DNA from: an uncultured Gemmatimonadaceae bacterium | GTDB lineage: Bacteria; Gemmatimonadota; Gemmatimonadetes; Gemmatimonadales; Gemmatimonadaceae | Assembly: GCA_963843845.1 (NCBI GenBank) | Contig: CAWJMB010000002.1 | Span: 800,001 to 864,000, forward strand | DNA length: 64,000 nucleotides | Direction: 5' to 3' | In this document: positions 63,125 to 64,000 of the stretch, one piece after another | Layout: every line of letters starts with the position of its first letter | Position numbering within the stretch: position 1 is the first letter of the stretch | Made by a program: the position numbers and the translations under genes | The notes under the pieces: generated by a model | Databases searched by the model: none | The model's input: the letters and a program-made list of their open reading frames with translations, nothing else | What the model was told of the DNA's origin: nothing

Positions 63125-63850
63125 TCAGCGCGCCCCTTCGAGGCGGTAGCCGACGCCCGGCTCGGTGACGACGAACGCGGGGAACGACGGGTTCGGCTCG
63201 ACCTTGCGGCGGAGATTCGTGACGTGCACCCGGAGGTACTGCGCCGCGTTGCCGTACTCGCGTCCCCACACCGCGTCGAACAGTTGCTGGTGCGTGAACG
63301 TGCGCCCCGGCGCGCCGGCGAGTGTGCGGATCAGTCCCCACTCGATCGGCGTGAGGTGCACGGCGCGTCCGCCCCGCGTCGCGACGCGCTCGTCGAGGTC
63401 GAGCTCGAGGTCGCCGAGGCGCACGGCGCGCGTCGCGGCGGGGCTCCGGGTGCGCAGCGCACGACGGAGATGAGCCCGTACGCGCGCCGCCAGCTCGGCC
63501 GAGCCGAACGGCTTCGTGAGGTAGTCGTCGGCACCGGCGTCGAGCAGCCGCACCTTCTCCTGCTCCGAGTGCCGCGCCGAGAGTACGACGACCGGCAGCT
63601 CCGCACCGCGCGGCATGGCGCGGATCGCGCGGCAGACCTCGTCGCCGGGCACGTCCGGCAGCCCGAGGTCGAGCAGCACGAGGTCGGGCGGGTCGCGCTC
63701 GACGCTGCTGATCGCGTCACGGCCCGTCGCGGCGACCGCGACGCGCACGCCGAGTCCCTCGATGATCTGCTGCAGCACGCCGCGCAGCACCGGCTCGTCG
63801 TCGACGATCAGCACGACGGGGATCGCCGTCGGAGCGGGGGAGGTGGGCAC
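63125..63850 (-). CDS. kdpE: KdpE-like OmpR-family response regulator
   Basis: VDDE, LLDLGLPD, LSAR..E..KV..LDAGADDYLTKPF, YLRVHVTNLRRKVE, TEPGVGYR. Confidence 0.85.
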   Translation of the reverse strand: MPTSPAPTAIPVVLIVDDEPVLRGVLQQIIEGLGVRVAVAATGRDAISSVERDPPDLVLLDLGLPDVPGDEVCRAIRAMPRGAELPVVVLSARHSEQEKVRLLDAGADDYLTKPFGSAELAARVRAHLRRALRTRSPAATRAVRLGDLELDLDERVATRGGRAVHLTPIEWGLIRTLAGAPGRTFTHQQLFDAVWGREYGNAAQYLRVHVTNLRRKVEPNPSFPAFVVTEPGVGYRLEGAR

Positions 63851-63922
63851 GTGGGGGCGGGGGCTGCACTACGATACCGCTCCGCGCCGAACGGCGCACC
63901 GTCGCCGCCCCCGCGGCCGGAC

Positions 63923-64000
63923 TCACGACCGTCACGACCGTCACGACCGTCACGACCGTCACGACCGTCACGACCGTCACGACCGTCACGACCGTCACGA
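63923..64000. repeat. 9-bp tandem repeat TCACGACCG, at least 8.7 copies (runs off the window)
   Basis: Read directly from the sequence. Confidence 0.92.

Overview
A very GC-rich (roughly 70-75% by eye) bacterial chromosomal segment. Gene content and style suggest a Gemmatimonadota (Gemmatirosa/Gemmatimonas-like) genome, which is an inference. About 46 CDSs can be supported. They include a truncated WD40 protein, two paralogous orphan PAS histidine kinases (one paired with RsbQ), and a divergent ECF sigma / FecR / TonB-dependent receptor module with a lipoprotein. Also present are a VIT1-TauE-TsdA-like cluster, a ROK regulator, msrA, glnS, cysK, three PEP-CTERM proteins and several exported peptidases (M14, two S9, M8-like). 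The rest are two tripartite efflux systems, a SET-domain protein, an L,D-transpeptidase, a P450 divergent from a TetR-RND operon, and a kdpDE-like pair. I saw no rRNA, tRNA, CRISPR array or transposase. Many genes carry single-base frameshifts that look like long-read sequencing errors. The most notable unannotated signals are: (1) a leaderless 30-aa uORF with mutually exclusive antiterminator/terminator hairpins in front of the ROK gene; (2) a shared TAGGGGT-N13-CGTGT promoter motif defining a probable ECF regulon; (3) every in-frame TTA codon I found sits inside the same octamer, CGTTAGGC.
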